Assembly (NCBI RefSeq): GCF_018977255.1
Contig: NW_024704743.1
Location: 5,582,001-5,646,000 of the forward strand
Source of the DNA: Callorhinchus milii
Lineage: Eukaryota
Direction: 5' to 3'
Length of the DNA stretch: 64,000 bases
Shown here: in pieces, positions 24,501 to 36,025 of the stretch
How the letters are laid out: each line of letters starts with the position of its first letter
How positions within the stretch are numbered: the first letter of the stretch is position 1
The notes under the pieces: generated by a model
Told to the model about the DNA's origin: nothing
Seen by the model: the letters and a program-made list of their open reading frames with translations, nothing else
Databases searched by the model: none
Program-made: the position numbers and the translations under genes

Positions 24501-24900
24501 CACTTTTCCCCAACTCCGCAACATTGCCCGGCTCCGACATTGACTCTCACCTCAGGCCGTCGAGACCCTCATCCACATGTTCATCACACCTGGGCTCAAC
24601 TAAGCAAACTTCCTGGTTGTCAGCCTCCCCAACTCCTCCCTCCACAGGCTGCAGATCATTCAGGATCGTTCATTGCCTTGCCTACCCCACCATTGGCAGG
24701 TGGACCTTCAGCCTCTCTGCCCACACCCTCTGGAACTCCATCCCACAGTCTCTCTGCCTTGCATCCTCCCTTGCCTCCTTCAAGACCCATCTCAAGACCT
24801 TCCTCTTCGACCGTGCCTTTGGTCACCTTCCTACCCCTACCCTCCATCCCTCCTGATGCCAACCTTCAGCTCGGGTGCTGATCCCTGACTGTCCAGCGCC
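21521..24900 (+). mobile_element. Cluster of at least three decayed L2 LINE ORF2 fragments with nested insertions
   Basis: RT motifs YRLISNLPFL, TALVKV.NDI and LDLSAAFDTV (21650-22215); LERRWRK and INQSFSSGSVP.SFK.AVI.P (23010-23575); YADD at 23838-23849; the post-RT segment is present twice (23920-24295 and 24295-24900). Frameshifts and stop codons throughout. Confidence 0.9.
21818..22141 (+). mobile_element. Family B tRNA SINE inserted in an L2 RT coding region
   Basis: GGAGTCCTGTAGCTCAGTGGTTAGAGC...GGATTATTATT interrupts the L2 sequence at AACGACATT|CTGTCCATCTGCGAC. Confidence 0.92.
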
Positions 24901-25169
24901 TTGGGAGACCATTTGTAACCGGTGTCTAAATCTACATGAGGCAATTACATCTATTAATAAGCTGTACACAGAAAGCTGAAACCTAGCTTTAAACAATCTC
25001 GAGCTGTTAAAATTGATAGCTTCTGTCTGTGGAACACGTCAGTGATTAATCATTACAGCTCTGCTCTGTCAGGGCTCGTGTGCATTGAACCCCTCTTTTA
25101 TTTCCAAGTTTGGATGCAATGATAGACACAGATGGTTGAAAGCATTTTATTACGACACAGCAGCCTAGT

Positions 25170-25370
25170 GTTAAATACTACAGCATAGGAACAGGAGTAG
25201 GCCATTCAGCTCAAGCCTGTTCCATTCTATAAGATCATGGTTAATCTGTACCTCAACTCCAATTACCTGCCCTGCCCCAAATCCCTTGATATCCTGACTT
25301 AACAAAAACCTATCCACCTCAGTCTTGAAAATGTGAATGAATCCAGCATCCACAGCCTTTTGGGATACAT
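25170..25370 (-). mobile_element. CR1 3' end
   Basis: ATAGGAACAGGAGTAGGCCATTCAGC...AAGATCATGG...TATCCACCTCAGTCTTGAA is a reversed CR1 3'UTR. Confidence 0.75.
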
Positions 25371-25739
25371 TTTGCTCGTGTAATTTTTTAAGCAAGTTCC
25401 ACATTCTGTGAACAGCGAAATACAGGCAACTTAATTCTACTGGTTACAGATCTGCACATCACTAAACCGGATAATAACCCACATCCCACGTGAAAGGTCC
25501 TGTGTAAATGTAAATGTGTATTGTATTCACTACCAATAAACAGAGATTGAGAGCAAGAAATTAACTGCTCAAGTCAAAACCAAAGAGAAAAGATTTCTGA
25601 TCTACAGGGAAGTTACACAAGGTGAGTTGTATGATTAGTTGCTAATCAAATGTTTTTTATCCTCTTCTTTCCTCCCCTCCTCACAATACCATCTCTCCCC
25701 ATACATCACTGGACCAGGAAAACAACAATGTCTATGGTA

Positions 25740-25960
25740 AAAAAAACAGAAGTCGCTGGGAACACTCAGCAGGTCAGGCAGCATCTATGGAGAAAGGAAA
25801 GTGAGTCAACGTTTCGGGTCCACGACCCTTCGTCAGAACTGGGGCATGTTGGGAGGGAGAGGCTTTTAAGGGCTAACAGAGAGGGGGGAGGCAGGGGAAG
25901 GAAGACAAAGGAGAAAATGAGCGAGAGGACAGGGGATGATGGTTAAAGAGGTGTTAATGA
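25740..25960 (-). mobile_element. Penelope-like retroelement terminal fragment
   Basis: GCTGGGAACACTCAGCAGGTCAGGCAGCATCTATGGAG...AACGTTTCGGGTC...CCCTTCGTCAG is characteristic of the chondrichthyan Penelope pLTR region, as recalled. Confidence 0.7.
25804..25840 (-). ncRNA. Minimal type I hammerhead ribozyme motif (Penelope type)
   Basis: The minus strand reads AGUU-CUGACGA-A-GGGUC-GUG-GACCC-GAA-ACGU-U-GACU: intact CUGANGA and GAAA cores, a 5-bp helix II, a palindromic helix III and a 4-bp helix I. Confidence 0.78.
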
Positions 25961-26446
25961 TGCAAAACAATGTCTATTGTGTCCCTTTGAACATGTTATT
26001 TAATAACACCGTTTTTTCTTTTGGTTATCCAAAAGAACCGTTTCCTTCTTTCCCTAGAAATTCCATTTGCTTTGCCGCCATTTTAAATTGTCCAGTTTTG
26101 CACCACTTTGGCATTTGTGTCTTCCCAAAGCCCGCAGGATTGTTCGAGCATGAATTGGGCCATAAAAGACTGATACTAGAATTGTCCATTGAGTCCCCAA
26201 ACCAATTATCCTACTGCTTCTATGTGCCAACCACGAATACAATTTATACTTACCGTATATAGAACCTCTCATATTGGGAGGACATCCCATAGTCGGCATC
26301 AAGTGACTGAAAGCCTGCCTGGCGATGGTGAGATGGATGGACAGGGGACAAGTTGTAAATCAAATGAAGGGAACAGCTGTAAAAGTACGGGTGAAGGAGG
26401 TTACAGAGTTAGGATGATGTGAGACCATGGAGGAATATAATGGTAA

Positions 26447-26945
26447 ACAACAACAACAACTTGGATTTATATAGCACACTCCACGCCGGAAGGCGTCTCA
26501 GAACGCTTCACAGTAACGGATCCCGGGGCTGAGCCAGGGGGAGGGGGGGGAAGGTGACCAAAGGCGCGGTCGAAAAGAAAGGTCTTCAGCAGAGACCTAA
26601 AAATAGGAAGAGAGGGAACGAGGCGAAGGGAGTGAGGAAGGCAGTTCCAGAGCCTCGGGCGCAGTGGCTGAAGGCACGGCCGCCGAGGGTGGAACGGAGG
26701 ACTCGGGAGACAAGGAGGAGGCCAGACCCGGAGGAACGAAGGCAACGGGCATGGTTTTGAGAGAGAGGTCAGAGAGGTGCAGAGGAGTGGAGGGATTTGA
26801 AGACAAGGGTGAGGAGAACTTGCTCTGCTGGTGAATGGGGAGCCAGTGGAGCTGAGCAATGATGGGAGCAATGACCCAGAGCCTGGTGCAGGAGAAGACA
26901 TGAGCGACGGAGGGGGTCTGGCAAGCAGAGTGTTGGCATAAATGA
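26447..26945 (-). mobile_element. Young L2 LINE 3' end with a (GTT)n tail
   Basis: Minus strand ...RLWNCLPHSLRLVPSLPIFRSLLKTFLFDRAF; highly similar to the copy at 10306. Confidence 0.9.
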
Positions 26946-27609
26946 TGTAATAAGGCCATGGATGTGCATCACTGTGTTTCGGGGGGAGAGGTCATGGCGG
27001 AGACGTGAAACATCTGTGAAAAATCTGCCCTTGTCCAACATGCCTGTGGCCGTATCTTGTTATTGTCAGCGAACAGATACAGCAGAAATGATTACCAATA
27101 AGAATCAACTGAGTTAGCAATAACATAGCTTCATTTTCGGTGTCGCTTTTAAAGCCAGTTTGGAGTCGCTACAATTTAAACGTTGCATGGTATGCCGTCT
27201 GATGCTCCTGAAGTTACAGTTCGCAGATCAGTCAAGCCTCTTTGCTCCAGATCGGATGGGAAATTCAACTTACTGCGAAACATAGCAACTTTAACAATGT
27301 GTAATTATAACCGTAAATAAGCACGCATTGCAGTCGAGTTTACGCTGATCCGTCTCTTCACTGAGTCTTTCTAACAGGAAATCTATTGCTAAGACGAGCA
27401 CTGTACATTAAGCCCTGTTATTAAAGCTGAGATATTTAGCAGCAAGAGGAATGCCCTCACCAGCTCATGTTTGGCACATTCACTTGTATCTAGGAAGCTT
27501 TTCCTCCAGACCTTCTGCCACACACAAAATATTTTCTCAGAAGATGTTAGCTCCAAGTTAATATAAAGCAACCGATTAAATTTTTTTTCTACACGTAGAA
27601 ATGATTTAG

Positions 27610-28400
27610 TGCCAGCTTGGCTCAGTTGGTAGTGCTTTTGTCTCCTAGTGATAAGGTTGTGGGTTCAAATAATAATATATTATTAACTCTTGCATTTGAT
27701 ATAGTGCCTTGTCACGTCGTCAAGACGTCCCAAAGTACTTCACAACATTTTACTGCGAAGTGCAGTGGCTGTGTATTTTGTGGGCGAATGTGGCAGCTAA
27801 TTTGCACGCACCAATATCTCACAAACAGCCATGAATTTACATGCCCAATTTTATCTGGGGGATTGTTGGCCAAGGCCCCAGTAGTAACTCTCTTCCATTT
27901 TCGAGTAGCATCTTGTCTGAAAGGACAGACTCTTGATGGACCAAGGAGGCCGTTACCAGAACTCCATCCAACGTCACATTCGAAGGACGGCACCTCACAC
28001 AGTGCATCAGTACCCCAGCACTGGACCGACCTGTCAGCCTAGACTGTAAATTCAAACTCCTGACCCAGGGTTTGAGCCCAAAGACCACTTAAGATCCTAG
28101 TCTGTCTAGGCTGACAGTGTGGCACAGTGCTGGGTCTACATGGTCGGAGATACTACTTGTCGGATGTCATGTCCCATTGCATGGCCTTCCGGTGGGACGT
28201 TGAAGGTCATGTGGGCACCAGTCACAAAAGAAAGCAGTGTCCTGGCCAACAGTCTACCAGATTAAATGGTCATTCACCTCATGGATCTTTGAGGGCCTTT
28301 GCTCTGCACAGCTCGCTATCGTGGCTGCCGAATAGAACAGCCACTACATCTATCAGTAATTACCGTGCAGAGCTTTGAGACTTTTCAAAGTGTTGATAAG
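27610..28400. mobile_element. Family A SINE (plus strand) interrupted by a second family A SINE (minus strand, ~27669-28087)
   Basis: The head TGGCTCAGTTGGTAG...GGGTTCAA stops at 27668. A reversed tail and body follow, and the plus-strand body resumes at ~28098. Confidence 0.75.
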
Positions 28401-29285
28401 GTAGAAAATTACACAAAACAATGTTTGTTCTTCCTTCCGAGTACCCAACACGAATGCTCCATTTCCCGCTTTGCCTCGATAAGCGCACAAATTACCGTGG
28501 ACATAAATTTAAAAAATAGCAAAACAAAGGTAGCAGTGCAGCATTTTTCACCTTCCCCTGAGTACGTGTGTCCCGCGATGACAAAACATCTCACTTAGTG
28601 ACCAGCAAGAAGTCTGTACAATGGAAACCGATAGATTTGTGTCAGGTAAGCCATCTCCATTTGGGACCTTATATGCCCTCGCTGCTTTGCTGTCAGGGGG
28701 CACTACACAGGAGCAGTTATAAAGCCACTGAAAATAATAAATGTCTAAGCCATTTAAGAAAGTAGCATTGCTTAACATTTCAAAAGTCTACATTCCTTGT
28801 AAACTCAACTTTACGTCATTGAAGACCCGTTGGGTTCAAACGTCTATCTAATCTCAACCTGCAAGACTATTTCACTTTATCTTTTAAGAACAGGCAGAAC
28901 ATTGGCGACATCTCAAATTCAGGCTTGCTTTGGAAACTGTTTTTTCTTAAAAAGAACAAATTAGGATAAAATAGTCTTACAGACAAAGACTAGGTGAAAT
29001 CTCAATTTTACTTGCTGAGTAAAATTTATGCCCTGGACAAGTAGTAACTTCTTAAAAATAATAGAAGCAGAATTGTAATTCAGTACAGATTCAAACCAGC
29101 AAAAATCATCATTATTAATAATAATCCTTTGATTTGACATAGCACACTTTATAGTAAGATCCTCTTAAGGTCTTTGACATATCCTACTAACGCAAAATGC
29201 AAATCAAATGCAAGGATTATTATATCAGACTTACAATAGGATTGTTTATTATTCCAAATTTACCAATTACGTTTTGTCATTTCAG

Positions 29286-29390
29286 TTGTGCAATGGAGGG
29301 TCTGTCACCGATCTTGCCAAAGGCTTATTGAAACGAGGTGAAAGAATGAATGAAATGATTATTGCCTACATCCTGCATGAAGCCTTGATG
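29286..29390 (+). CDS. MYO3A: Myosin IIIA coding exon 3 (105 nt)
   Basis: Encodes [35 protein letters not shown]. Acceptor tttcag, donor gtaaga. Confidence 0.96.
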
Positions 29391-29624
29391 GTAAGATACA
29401 GAACTGCCTTTTAACAAGTATAGGATTCCTTTGCTGAAAATTTAAATGCTGCCTTGATGGCTTGCCTCTCTGCTCAGCCTTGCGACAGTCACAAGAAATA
29501 GGTTGTTCTTATATGTACACATTATTTGCTAACATTAGTAAAGGCTTGCTGTGTTACATGTATTAGGTGGCTGATTTTAGGTTGTTGCAGAATTAATATA
29601 ACTCCCATCTTCATTTTCCTTTAG

Positions 29625-29909
<285 letters not shown>

Positions 29910-30107
29910 TAGCTGTCCGTACAGAGAGGAGGAGGAAGGGGGATGCATGCCAACCGCATCGGACAAGTGCCTCATAACTAGCCAACCATTTCGATCGAAT
30001 GCTTCTTTCAACCGATTAATACAAGGCCTTGGATAACCCTGCAGAAAAGTAGTGCCATTATAAAATAGTAGGCAGTATGATTATTATTGTTAACCATGAT
30101 TATTATT

Positions 30108-30290
30108 ATTAATAATAATCCTTACATTGGATATAGCGCCTTATTGTTGAGATGACTCAAAGCGCTTCACAGAATACACCGTAAAGTGAATTGTCTGCAT
30201 ATATTTTGTGGGCAAAACCTGGGAGCCAATTGTGCAAAGCAGAGTCCCACAGACAGTTGTGGATTGAGTGAACAAATTTTTTAAAAAAAA
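30108..30290 (-). mobile_element. Family B SINE 3' half
   Basis: (AAT)n-CCTTACATTGGATATAGCGCC...AAAGCGCTTCACAGAA...GTGGATTGAGTG. Confidence 0.85.
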
Positions 30291-30619
30291 TTCTTGCCCC
30301 TTATTATTATTATTGTTATGATTGTACCAATATAGACCCAGGGATCTGAATCCTTATATTTGGGTCTCAGCATTAAAATAGAGGAGGGTTGTGTTGGGGT
30401 GGGAAGGTTTAATATGAAGTACAAGTAGGGGTCGGGTTTGAGAAAAATCATTAAAGTTCTCTCAAACTTGTCAAAAGTAATCTTACATTTTGCTTGTAGC
30501 GGGACCAGGAAAGGATCTTAACCAGAGCAGTTATGCCCTGGACAAGTAGCAACTTCGTAAAAATAATAGAAGCAGGCGGACACACAATTTCAAAGCTCAG
30601 CTATCTCTTTTCTGGATTA

Positions 30620-31131
30620 AATAATAATAATCCTTGCATTTAATATTGTGCCTTTCATCTCAGGACGTCTCAAAGCGCTTCACATGATTTACTAATAAGA
30701 ATCGTATGAGTATTCTTACGTTTGGTATAGCGCCTTTCAGGTCAGAAGAATATCTCAAACCACTTCACAGGATGTATTGTAAAGTGCAGTGACCATATGA
30801 TTTGTGGGCGAACAGGCAGCCAATTTGCACAGAGCAATGTCCTTCACACAGCCCTGAAGTGAAATTACCAATTTTATCTGGGGTATTTTTAGCTAGGACA
30901 CGGGGAGAAACTAACTTCTCTGTTCAAATGGTGCAATAGGATCTTCAAAATTCAACTGAACAGGCAGAGAGGACCTTGATTCTAACCTCTCATCTGAAGG
31001 ATGGTACTTCCACCAATAAAGTGCTCCCCAAGCACTGCCTTGGTTGTGTGAATTCAGAGTCCTGATGTGGGGTTTGAACCCACAGCTTTCTGTCTCAGAG
31101 GCGAGAGTGTTACAACTGAACCAGGCGGACA
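30620..31131 (-). mobile_element. Full-length family A Deu-SINE with an extra tail fragment
   Basis: The reversed tail occurs twice (~30620 and ~30715); CTCATCTGAAGGA Deu motif; reversed head GGTTTGAACCCAC...AACTGAACCAGGCGGACA. Confidence 0.85.
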
Positions 31132-31707
31132 CACAATTTCAAAGCTAACACGACACGTCTGCACCAAAGCTGCTGGTGAGAGAACAACACAAAGATTTCT
31201 CCTAACCGGGAGGAGAGATAATTTGTATAAATGTATCGCAGAGAGTATTTTTAGATGGAAACACTTCTTTCCCCCTGTGGTACTTTTTCCCATTTAACAA
31301 CTGAAGTACTGTCTCTAACAGTGTTTATAATGAGTAAAACCACAATTAATGATCAAGATAATGACACATCTAAAAGCTAATGTGTTACATGAATCCTTTA
31401 TGTCAAATGGTCTTTAGAAATAAATGGAATTTAATGAAATGTTAAATGCGATGGGTTGAAAGGGAATGATATGCCTGTTAATTACAAATAGAGAACAAAC
31501 AGAAGGAACGTTGGTGGTCTTTATCCACTGTGTGGATCCAGAAACTAATGTTCAAGGATTTGCCTACTGGGAAGAAGATATTGACCTCATGTGTCTTTAT
31601 TCACCGCAATAAATATAAACGTTCAGAATAGATTAGTGAAATTGAAGTTAGAGTGAGACAGACTAAGCAGAAAAACATAAAGCATCGAAAATAGTCATAT
31701 CCTAGAC

Positions 31708-31790
31708 CAGGGAGGGATGGCCAACTGGTGGTCCTTAGGCAGGTCACATTACGCACGTGTAGAATAGTCATGTGGGTCACACATCCTTGT
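31708..31790 (+). mobile_element. Possible hAT-type DNA transposon terminal fragment
   Basis: GGGATGGCCAACTGGTGG and GTGGGTCACA resemble hAT/Charlie termini; no partner inverted repeat was found. Confidence 0.25.
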
Positions 31791-34299
31791 CCTTGAAGAC
31801 ACTCATTTTTTCACGACATAATGAAAACTCCATCGCTCCTATTGCCTTTGATTAAAAAGGATTAATTTTACTGCTTTGTACAGTTGTGGCAGCGTCATTG
31901 CAAGAGGAATGTCTAGTTTTGTTTATGATTTTCTCAAATGCGTTAAGTGAAGGAGTGACGGAGAATTTCATTGACGAGCGTGCCCTGTTTTAGCCATAAT
32001 GGAATGAAAATAATCCAGTGAAATAGTACCTTGTGGGGTGAAATGATCACAAGATCACAGATCACAAGATTGGTTTGGATGAGAAGGCCCTTCGAAATAT
32101 CTGGCCTCATTCCTCCAGAACATCTACCCTACCATATTCCCATTACAGCATCAAGCCGCTTTTAAACTAGTCCAGTGTCCTGGCCTCAACCACCCTCCCT
32201 GGTAACCTGTTCCAGTCACTAATTACAGGATAAAACGTGGAGCATAATTTTCAACTCTGAGGAACAATATTCCTTTTGTTAATATTATATTATTTGTGGT
32301 GATGGGGGGTAGTGGTCTGAGTGTAATTTAAGATACATTTTCTAGCATTCTTTTACCTATTTATTGAATTAACTTCAAAAAGCTCACTGTAATGCAGTAC
32401 AAAACTAGATGACACTGTGAAGAGCCCTTGGTTCTGATTTTATATCCCACTCCTTACACTAACCAGCACTTCAAGCTGGTTGTGAGTTCTTAGGTCAGTC
32501 CACTTGCAGTGTGCAATACATGGCTTTGCATTATGTAGCCTACATTTATTATAAGAAGAAGAATTCTAACTTTTGATATAGCGCCTTTCATGTGTGGAGG
32601 ACGTCTCAATACGTGACAGGACTTACTGTAAAAATATAATGACTGTATGTTTGTGGGCGAGGGTTCCTCCATTGCTGGATACGTTCTCCTGTGTTTGGAA
32701 GAACAATCCTCTTGATCCAGATCATTGGTTCCAATGTTGCGCCAGGGCAATGAAGGGATATGAAAACGAGTGTGAGGATCTTGAGATCGATCCGTGCGGC
32801 GATAGGGAGCCAGTGGAGCCTGGCTGGAACTGGTATGATGGGGACAGTACTGGTCACACCTGAAATCTTTTCGTTCACATCTGACAAAAAGAACTGAAGT
32901 TGCCATGTTTCTCAACACATTTGATGCGATAATCATCACATTGAATCTGTTATAAAATCAACAGAATTTTTCACATCGTGACTTCCCATTCAGGACAGAC
33001 ACCACATTTTTTTTCTTTACCCAGAGGGTAATTAACAGGTTACCACGAAGGGTGGTTGAGGTCAGCACACTGAACCCATCTAAAAAGCAGCTGATGCTGT
33101 GATGGGAGGAGGTAGGCGGGGGGTTCTGGAGGGAATAGGTCAGATGGGCCGAAGGGCCTTCTTCATCCAAACGTCGTTGAGATATCTCAAAGTGCTTCAC
33201 AGAATACATTGTAAAGCGAATTAACTGTGAATTTTGTGGGCGAAATGCGACCATCTATTGCACACAGCAATAGGTGTGTAAAAACTGCAAAAACTGTCGT
33301 GGATTGAGTGACCAGATTTTTTTTAAAAAGAGGTATTATTAACCCCGCAGAGTGAATGTAAAGCGCTTTGAGACATTTTAACAATGCCAATAAACTGCCG
33401 TAGCAAATGGAAGGATTGTTATTTAAAGTCCCTTTATCAATCAGCATTGAACACACACGAATTTAAAACAAAGACTGCAGGGCATCATCATATGTCTCCA
33501 CAGGACACAATTAGACTCAGAACACGAGGCCCAGTCTCATTGGAGCAGCCACATACAATTTCAAACCACTAATAAATAGGCTTATTTCACTGATAAATGC
33601 TTGTCAATTATTCCAGTTCCCATTATGAAAAGCAATCTAGGTTTGGAATGCAAAGATAACGTGGGGATGAAAACGGTAATGTTTAATATCAGATATGGTG
33701 TGATTTACAATGGTTAGCTGTGAAGACTTCAACACTATCACCGTGGTTTCCAAATAGGGAGGAAATGGCTTTTCGTGGGATACTCAGATTGAGTTAAAAC
33801 GGTATATAGTAAAGCATCAATGAAAGACTTCTCTTGATCAAAACAACTCAGGACAATGATAGTATCTGCTTGGGGTTTCACAACCAAGCACTGTATCAAA
33901 GTCTGGGGGTTTGGGGTGGGGGACAAAGGCAGGAGTGAGGGAAACGTTCACACCTAATAATATTATTATTATGATTAATAAATGTTCACACCTGAAACCT
34001 GTTTATTCACCTCTGACAAAGAGCAACTGAAATGGCCATGTTTCTCAACACACTTGATGCGATAATCATCAGATTGAATCTGTTATAAAAATAGCAGAAC
34101 TTTTCACCTTGTGGCTTCCCATTCAGGTTGTCAAGACTATAGCCATGAATGCACATTTGATTGATTTTATCAGGACTTTATGGTTAAACCATTTTTTTTA
34201 TCTGAGCTTATTGTACTTGTTTTATATAGTGAAACATTTAGTGCGTCCGTAGATTCTGTCCAAATTTAGCCCCCTCAATCGCATGCCATATCCTCTGGT

Positions 34300-35580
34300 T
34301 TTACGTCATTAACCAGTCCCTCTCCTCCGGATCAGTCCCTGCTTCCCTCAAAACTGCTTCATCGCCCCCCTCTTCAAAAAACCTTCCCTAGATCCCTCAA
34401 ACCCCAGTCACTACTGCCCTATTTCTAACCTGCCCTTCCTCGCAAAAGTCTTAGAACGTGTTGTTGCCAATCAACTTCGTGCACACCTCTCCTCCTACTC
34501 CCTCTTCGAACCCTTCCAGTTCGGTTTCCGCCCACAGTACAGAGACTGCGCTTGTGAAAGTCACAAATGACATCCTCTCTATCTGTGACCAGAGCTCCCT
34601 CTGCCTCCTTGTCCTCCTGGACCTCTCCCCCATGTTCGACTCAGTCGATCACACCATCCTCCTCCACCGCTTTTCCTCCGTCATCATCATCAACAACAAC
34701 AACAACAAGTCATCCACCTCAGTGGGACCGCACTCGCCTGGTTCAAGTCCTACCTCACAAACCGCCAGCAGTACATCTGCACAAACGGCTTCTCCTCCCG
34801 CTCTCACCGAGTTACCCCAAGGATCCCTCCTCTTTCTGATCTATATGCTCCCTCTTGGGGATGTCATCCGCAGACATGGGGTACATTTCCACATGCATGT
34901 GGACGAAACCCAACTCTATTTTTCCACCTCTCTTTGCGACCCCCAGTCCCCTGATGTTCTGCCTGTCAGACCTCAGGGGCTGGATGAGCGCAAATTTCCT
35001 TCAGCTGAACGTTGACAAGACGGAAGCCATACTCTTTGGCTCTCGTCAATGTCTAAAATCTCACAGTTCTCACCTCCTCCACCTACCCAACCTCCCCCTA
35101 AAACTCTCCAAACCCGTACTCAACCTAGGCGTCAGGTTCGACCCCCAATTATCCTTCCTCCCCCACATCTGGTTCCTCACCAGCACTGCTTTCTTCCACC
35201 TCCGACGCATCACCCGTCTCCACCAATACCTCTCTCCGAAAGCTGCTGAAACCCTGGTCCATGCATTTATCACCTCTCAGCTGGACTACTATAATGCCCT
35301 CCTCTCTGGCCTCCCCTCTACTACCATCCATAAAATCCAGATTATTCAAAACTCTGCGGCCTGCATTCTCACCCGCGCCAAACTCCGTTCCCCGATCACC
35401 CCAGTCCTTGCCAGACTGCACTGGCTGTCTGTCTCAGAGAGGATCAACTTTAAGATCCTCACTCTTGTATTCAAATCCCTCCACTCCTCTGCACCCCCCG
35501 ACCTCTCTGACCTCCTCTCTCCTCAAAATAGTGCCCGTTGCCTTTGTTCCTCTGGGTCTGGCCTCCTCCTCGTCTCCCGT
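34300..35580 (+). mobile_element. Decayed L2 LINE, from the RT domain to the ORF2 C-terminus
   Basis: PISNLPFLAKVLERVV, HSTETALVKVTNDIL, PQGS, the catalytic motif decayed to HVDET, and LQLNVDKTEAILFG...LVHAFITSQLDYYNALL; frameshifted. Confidence 0.93.
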
Positions 35581-36025
35581 TGCCCTCCTCTGTATCCTCC
35601 CGATTTTTCCCATACCCTTTTTGTACTGCAGCAACCAGAACTGTACACAATACCTATGATCTCACCAATGATTTATATAGTTGCAGGATTACCCCACTAT
35701 TTCAGCTTGCTATTGATCTTTTGACACATCCTAACATCTGGTTTGGTTTATTCACTGCCACAGAGCATTTTTGTGAGAGCTTGAATTTATTGTCAATCAG
35801 GACCCCCAAGTCCTTTTCATTTTCCACACATATTATTTTCCTTCCATTCAAATAATAGTCCCTTCCTGTTTTTTTTGTCTCCATGTGAAATATTTTATGT
35901 TTCTCCACATTGAATTTCATCTGCCACCGATCAGCCCAATTTCTAGGTTTGTTTAATCCTCCTGTAACCTATCATGTTCCGCTTCGCAAACTACCACCTT
36001 CTTTAGCTTGGTGTCATCCGCACTA
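35578..36025 (-). mobile_element. CR1 ORF2 fragment directly abutting the L2
   Basis: The minus strand reads WQMKFNVEK...EKDLGVLID...NQMLGCVKRSI...YCVQFW...IQRRAT. Confidence 0.9.

Noticed and set aside
34855..35724. Longest ORF in the track (289 aa)
   Set aside because: It is a fragment of a dead L2 ORF2 (catalytic YADD decayed, upstream frameshifts) running into an antisense CR1 piece; it is not a host gene.
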